From: Bacteroidota bacterium
GTDB taxonomy: Bacteria > Bacteroidota > Bacteroidia > AKYH767-A > OLB10
Reading direction: 5' to 3'
Assembly (NCBI GenBank): GCA_031423735.1
Contig: JANPGA010000182.1
Location: 1-53,690, forward strand
DNA: 53,690 bases
Both the position numbers and the translations under genes were made by a program. Positions 50,201 to 53,690 of this stretch are shown piece after piece (positions within the stretch are counted from its first letter, which is position 1; every line of letters starts with the position of its first letter). The notes beneath the pieces are model-generated. The model ran no database searches and was not told the origin of the DNA. It worked only from the letters and a program-made list of their open reading frames with translations.

Positions 50201-50860
50201 ATTTATAACATTTGAGCGATGAAGACTTCTTCCTTTGGTGTCTTCTGGGGTAGGAGGTGCAGCAATTGCATTAATAAAGACAACCCAAGATTCAGCAGCT
50301 AGTGAATTTAGTTTTTGATCGTTAATTCGTAAAGTAATAGTATGATTTACTGGATTGATACTAAGAATTTTTCCATGATGGTTCGCAGCAGATTTTGCAT
50401 CATCAATAGAAATATTCTTTTGAAATTGAACAACGAGATCAACAGTACCTTGTTCATTGATAGCATAAGAAGAAAAGCCACCAGAAATATGCGTACTTAT
50501 TTTCTGTTGAGGATCCAATTGCAAAACGCTCGAAACATTAAAATTTCGTAGCAAGGTTTTATCATACCCTTTAGGGATTGCAGCAATAAAAGTATTTGAA
50601 GGGATATAATCTAATAACAATAATCCACCTAACTTAATGTTTTCCTTTTGTGCTGAAGAAGGAAGAGAATTAAATTGAATTAATCGATAATAATAACCGT
50701 TGAATAAATCGGTTGCTTGAGCTGATTGTACAAACTTTTCAAGGTTTGAGGAAGTTTGCATTGCACCACTTTGTAACTTAATACGGTGATCTTTTTGTGC
50801 TAAAATTTGTGATGAGCAGATCATCATCAAAATGAGTAAACTGTAAAGATTTTTTTTCAT
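47261..50860 (-). CDS. S8 (subtilisin/kexin-like) serine peptidase with P-domain-like, Ig-like and MAM-like modules and T9SS C-terminal sorting domain
   Basis: Catalytic residues in GLADDGE (Asp), HGDMTSG (His) and GGTSAASPGIAG (Ser). A MAM-like end ...FESDLSLDDINI. The C-terminus is YPNPSSGIF.... Signal peptide MKKNLYSLLILMMICSSQILAQ from the ATG at 50860. Confidence 0.9.
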   Translation of the reverse strand: MKKNLYSLLILMMICSSQILAQKDHRIKLQSGAMQTSSNLEKFVQSAQATDLFNGYYYRLIQFNSLPSSAQKENIKLGGLLLLDYIPSNTFIAAIPKGYDKTLLRNFNVSSVLQLDPQQKISTHISGGFSSYAINEQGTVDLVVQFQKNISIDDAKSAANHHGKILSINPVNHTITLRINDQKLNSLAAESWVVFINAIAAPPTPEDTKGRSLHRSNVINSEYVTGRHYDGDGVVAGLADDGEVGPHIDFQGRLTNHLVGVGGSHGDMTSGILAGGGNLDPTIRGMGTGCYLHVYDINGYPHIIDAITHYNTLGTVIYSTSYSQGCNEYSTDTQFGDQLLHENQQLEFVFSAGNNGGGDCSYGAGAGWGNITGGYKSGKNVIACGNLSPLEVLDNSSSRGPASDGRIKPDICSNGLDQLSTNQDNTYQVGGGTSAASPGIAGILTQLYQAYKSLNGNQNPDAALIKACLLNGAEDIGNPGPDYTYGWGRVNAFRALRTLEEGRYLLDSVDNAATNTHTITVPSGVNQVKVMVYWNDPEGTPLASMALVNNIDISLSDPSATGYKPWVLDPTPNPTTLNTPAIRGNDTLNNMEQITIDNPIGGTYTLTINGTSIPLGPQKYYLVYEFRTSDITVTYPQGGEGFVPGEKEVLRWDAVKGLGNFTLEYSNNNGGTWNTIGAVNDQTLQYEWTVPSTLTSDALVRVSRGSFSDVSDTSFTIMNLPQNILVDWACPDSIRLTWDNVIGASGYTVYSLGAKYMDPVGTTNTNSIILQNTNPTLDYWFSVSAKTSNGRDGRRAYAIQKNAGVINCPLALDAQISSISPGSGSIQDCQNNGAVLVNIVVKNSGQTAISNIPVGLIADGNLIANDIVPGPIAPNATVNWTFTTPINLSASGQHILKTWSTYVGDLNVYNDTIVSTINVIPSILATLPFTEDFESSSLCNTGTDCGATICGLSNGWINAENGTQDAIDFRTNEGSTPSANTGPDFDHTTGTATGNYIYLEASGGCDQQLADLTSPCIDLTTATNPELVFWFHMYGTNMGELHLDAFADGVWTNDIIAPIIGNQGNNWIQVNTTLTNYAGKIINIRFRGITGNGFESDLSLDDINITNTVGLTSINLLKGSINVYPNPSSGIFNLELKNIDTQNLEISVIDIAGRKIWQQYAGSIKDEKQLIDLHTMQKVIYFLQLTNSEGTRQIKLTIL

Positions 50861-50950
50861 AATAGGGGTGTAAATTGTTTGGAACAATGAAAGTAATAAA
50901 AAATACTACATATCATCTTAAATTAGTTTTATTTCGGCACTTTTGCATAA

Positions 50951-51622
50951 ATGTCGAAGTTATACATAGTACCAACGCCAATAGGAAATCTGCAGGATAT
51001 AACGTTACGTGCACTAGAGGTTTTGAAAGCTGTTGATATCGTTTTGGCAGAGGACACACGCACATCACGCTTTCTTTTACTGCATTATCAGATTGAGAAG
51101 CGAATATTATCACATCATCAGCACAACGAACACCAGGCATTAAAAGAAGTAATTCGTTTACTTAAGGAAGGTACAAGTATCGCATTGGTTAGTGATGCAG
51201 GAACCCCCGGAATAAGTGATCCTGGATATTTATTGATTCGTGAATGTATGCGAGAAGAAATTCCTGTTGAATGTTTACCTGGTGCAACAGCGTTTGTTCC
51301 TGCATTAGTGATGAGCGGAATTCCTTGTGATCGATTTGTTTTTGAAGGATTTCTTCCACAAAAAAAAGGAAGACATACTCGATTGTTATTGTTGAAAGAA
51401 GAAGATCGTACCATCGTTTTTTATGAATCACCACATCGATTAGTGAAACTATTGGAAGAGTGTTGCGAATATTTTGGTGTTGAACGTCAAGCTTCCGTTT
51501 CGCGTGAGCTCACTAAAATGTTTGAAGAAACAAAGCGCGGAACAGTAGAAGAACTCAAAGTTTATTTTTCTCAGAAAACAGTTAAAGGCGAGATTGTTGT
51601 TGTGGTTGCCGGGAAGGAGTGA
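50951..51622 (+). CDS. rsmI: 16S rRNA (cytidine1402-2'-O)-methyltransferase RsmI
   Basis: LYIVPTPIGNLQDITLRALEVLKAVDIVLAEDTR and SDAGTPGISDPG blocks (tetrapyrrole-methylase fold). Confidence 0.9.
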   Translation: MSKLYIVPTPIGNLQDITLRALEVLKAVDIVLAEDTRTSRFLLLHYQIEKRILSHHQHNEHQALKEVIRLLKEGTSIALVSDAGTPGISDPGYLLIRECMREEIPVECLPGATAFVPALVMSGIPCDRFVFEGFLPQKKGRHTRLLLLKEEDRTIVFYESPHRLVKLLEECCEYFGVERQASVSRELTKMFEETKRGTVEELKVYFSQKTVKGEIVVVVAGKE

Positions 51623-51626
51623 TATC

Positions 51627-51659
51627 AATTAAGAATTAAGAATTCAAAATTAAGAATTA
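51627..51659 (+). repeat. Short TTAAGAA-based repeat (AATTAAGAATTAAGAATTCAAAATTAAGAATTA)
   Basis: Three TTAAGAA copies directly after the rsmI stop. Confidence 0.6.
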
Positions 51660-51962
51660 CTGCGTGCGCAATTTGGCTACGAATACAATGTTGGAAAAGT
51701 AGGAGTTGAGAGATTTTTTGGTTGATTAAATAGCGATTCCATCCATCTTTTAAAAATTTTAGCTTAATCCGATTTCGTTTTAATCCACTGACAATCAATT
51801 TATAATATTTTTTTTCGTTATAACACTTGTATGTACAACAGTTTGTTTATATGTTTGTATATACAATTAATGTAGAGAAAGATAAAATAACTCTTTTGGT
51901 TGATCGTTAGTAGTAAAAGCATCAAAAAAACATAAATAATTCGAACAGTAAAAACGCAAAAA

Positions 51963-52499
51963 ATGGCTACTACAAAATGGATCGTTGATCCAACACATTC
52001 AGAAATTGGTTTCAAGATAAAGCATTTGATGATCACCAATGTTTCAGGCAACTTTGGTAAGTTTACTGCTGAGGCAGAAACAACAGATGAAGATTTTCAA
52101 AAAGCAACTATTAATTTTGCAGCTGAAATAGCATCTATTGATACAAACAATGAACAGCGTGATGGTCATTTACAATCGGCAGATTTTTTTGACGCTGCTA
52201 AGTTTCCTCAAATACTATTTAAATCAACAAATGCTGAAGCGCCAGATGCAAATGGTAATTATGTTTTGCATGGTGATTTAACAATTCGCGATGTAACTAA
52301 ACCAGTTAAATTTAATGTTGAGTTCGGCGGTATTGCAAAAGATCCATATGCAAATATAAAAGCTGGATTTACCATTAACGGTAAAATTAATAGAAAAGAT
52401 TTTGGCTTGGTATGGAATGCACCAACTGAAGCAGGTGGTTTATTAGTGAGTGAAGAAGTACGTTTACATGCAGAAGTACAATTTGTAAAACAACAATAA
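51963..52499 (+). CDS. YceI family (polyisoprenoid-binding) protein
   Basis: 178 aa. WIVDPTHSEIGFKIKHLMITNVSGNF and DGHLQSADFFD blocks. Confidence 0.9.
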   Translation: MATTKWIVDPTHSEIGFKIKHLMITNVSGNFGKFTAEAETTDEDFQKATINFAAEIASIDTNNEQRDGHLQSADFFDAAKFPQILFKSTNAEAPDANGNYVLHGDLTIRDVTKPVKFNVEFGGIAKDPYANIKAGFTINGKINRKDFGLVWNAPTEAGGLLVSEEVRLHAEVQFVKQQ

Positions 52500-52536
52500 G
52501 GTATTGAGGGTTATTTAATAATTAGTAGTGCGTTTG

Positions 52537-52571
52537 ATAAGCCGGTGAAAATTTTCATCGGCTTATTTTTT
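52537..52571 (+). terminator. Rho-independent terminator of the yceI-family gene
   Basis: ATAAGCCGGTGAAAA / TTTTCATCGGCTTAT forms a long stem followed by TTTTTT. Confidence 0.85.
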
Positions 52572-52687
52572 AAGATGTTTTTACTAAACGTATTCAAATA
52601 AATTGTGATTAAATGATCTTTAAATATTATCTCCTTGACCTCCACTAACTCCTCTCTATGAAATGGATTATCACAAAGGGACTACTA

Positions 52688-52705
52688 TGTGGATAATTAT
52701 CCTTA
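52688..52705. promoter_or_regulatory. Perfect DnaA-box 9-mer (TGTGGATAA = TTATCCACA on the minus strand), overlapping a 12-bp palindrome GGATAATTATCC
   Basis: TGTGGATAA at 52688-52696, TTATCCTTA at 52697-52705, and the palindrome at 52691-52702. This is the only perfect TTATCCACA I found in the window by eye. Confidence 0.4.
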
Positions 52706-52898
52706 ATAAACCGCGGTGTGAAAATTTGCATTTTTTAACAAGAGATAATTCCAACAGAGAATTTAATCTTATAAATTCTTTCGAATCCTTCAATCCTGCA
52801 TGCCAAGAAGACTTGTTCTTCATGGTTCCCCCCTTTTAATCATATTAATCCTTTCGAATCTTATTATCCTGTCCTAAATTTATAGCACTATCCTCTCC

Positions 52899-53690
52899 CT
52901 ACAACGCCCCTTTAATTTCTTTCATCTCCGACTCTACGCGTTCAATACGTTTTAAAATTTGATCTTTCTGCCAATACTGTTCAGGAATTTCGCTGCTTAT
53001 ATAATTACAAAATTTCCATACTTCACGAACTTCATTTACGGCAACTTCGTATGGATCATAAGAAGGATTTAATGATTTTAGTAAAACATTTTTCTTCTTC
53101 TTAATTTGATTATAAGCAAGCTTAAAAACAATTCCTTCGTCTTGTGTCAAGAAAATATATGCATCACCATCTTTAATATCATAAAAATTTTCAACGTATT
53201 CACCAATTACCCAACTCTTATCAGGAATGGGAAGCATCGAGTCGCCGGTGATTTGAAACATACGGTACTTACGTTCATTAAACAAAATAGGCAATTGAAA
53301 TGTTGGAAGTTGCTTAATGAAATCAGGATCGGCAAAACCATTTTTATAACCTGCCTTCGCTTTAATAGGAACAACTTCAATGTTTTCTTTGTTGTTACTA
53401 TCAACGGTTGTTGCGAGTACACGTAAGCGCGCTCCGGTAACAAATACATCATGTCCTCTTTCCAACTCCGATAATTGAAACTCCGATAATTTCGAAAGAT
53501 CCATCTTTACAAGTGTATCGATGGTTAAACGAAAATATTTAGAGAATGAAAGCAATGCCTCGAGCGTTGGATTAACCACACTCCCATTTTCATAACTGTT
53601 AAATGTGGAACGGCTAATGCCAAGTTCTCCGGCAATCATATCCTGCGTTAGTTTTCGTCGCTGCCTAAGAAGTTTAATGTTGCTGTTAAA
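52899..53690 (-). CDS. XRE-family HTH + S24 (LexA/CI-like) peptidase repressor; N-terminus runs off the right window edge
   Basis: The frame stays open upstream of the track's Met to position 53690 (FNSNIKLLRQRRKLTQDMIAGELGISRSTFNSYENG is the HTH). The C-terminal domain has the catalytic Ser in GDSMLP and a downstream Lys. Confidence 0.85.
   Translation of the reverse strand, partial: FNSNIKLLRQRRKLTQDMIAGELGISRSTFNSYENGSVVNPTLEALLSFSKYFRLTIDTLVKMDLSKLSEFQLSELERGHDVFVTGARLRVLATTVDSNNKENIEVVPIKAKAGYKNGFADPDFIKQLPTFQLPILFNERKYRMFQITGDSMLPIPDKSWVIGEYVENFYDIKDGDAYIFLTQDEGIVFKLAYNQIKKKKNVLLKSLNPSYDPYEVAVNEVREVWKFCNYISSEIPEQYWQKDQILKRIERVESEMKEIKGAL

Noticed and set aside
51818-52051. 77-aa minus-strand ORF overlapping the yceI-family start
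   Set aside because: It is an AT-rich spurious ORF that overlaps a confidently identified gene and its upstream region.
52741-52823. 52-codon minus-strand ORF (MKNKSSWHAGLKDSKEF...) in the yceI/repressor gap
   Set aside because: It is short, has no recognisable features, and overlaps the repeat/DnaA-box motifs. It is more likely non-coding.
52778-52871. tRNA gene suggested by two TTCGAATC T-loop-like motifs
   Set aside because: The T-stem 5' strand and the acceptor 5' strand are absent on either strand, so no cloverleaf can be drawn. These are retained only as possible att-like remnants.
1-53690. CRISPR arrays, rRNA, tmRNA, RNase P or SRP RNA genes
   Set aside because: I saw no regularly spaced direct repeats and none of the conserved signature blocks of these RNAs in any intergenic region. 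This was a visual scan only, so a covariance-model search should confirm it.

Overview
This is a 53.7-kb chromosomal segment from a low-GC member of the Bacteroidota. That assignment rests on five proteins ending in a type-A T9SS C-terminal sorting domain, TAnnTTTG-type -7 promoter boxes, no obvious Shine-Dalgarno sequences, and the gene content. I call about 41 protein-coding features. The housekeeping backbone is nadA, gltX, glnS, folB, rnr, ybeY, mnmG, rsmI, two SAM methyltransferases and a ~1120-aa DUF4175-type protein. Secreted or T9SS cargo proteins include BNR/Asp-box propellers, a NIDO-like protein, a class-C-like serine hydrolase, an SGNH+PKD protein and a ~1200-aa S8 subtilase with a MAM-like domain. 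An accessory patch at about 26.7-42.4 kb carries GNAT, YdeI, DUF3267, a cation/proton antiporter, VOC, an M48 peptidase, an FMN reductase and a thioredoxin-like mini-operon. Within it is a decaying stretch: a 5'-truncated IS1182/IS5-type transposase with an in-frame stop, a frameshifted acyltransferase-3 gene and a frameshifted sigma-70/ECF-type factor. I found no rRNA, tRNA, CRISPR array or intact mobile element. The most notable non-coding signals are: (1) two consensus parS sites that exactly bracket mnmG, an origin-proximal signature; (2) two candidate origin- or iteron-like intergenic regions, 3076-3740 and 52572-52898; (3) a recurrent geometry in which the -7 promoter box abuts the start codon, suggesting leaderless mRNAs; (4) a strand-specific 45-nt hairpin rich in G.U pairs that closes a three-ORF cysteine-motif operon. 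I do not see a convincingly complete novel multi-gene system. The best candidates are flagged below with modest scores. All coordinates were counted by hand from the printed sequence.
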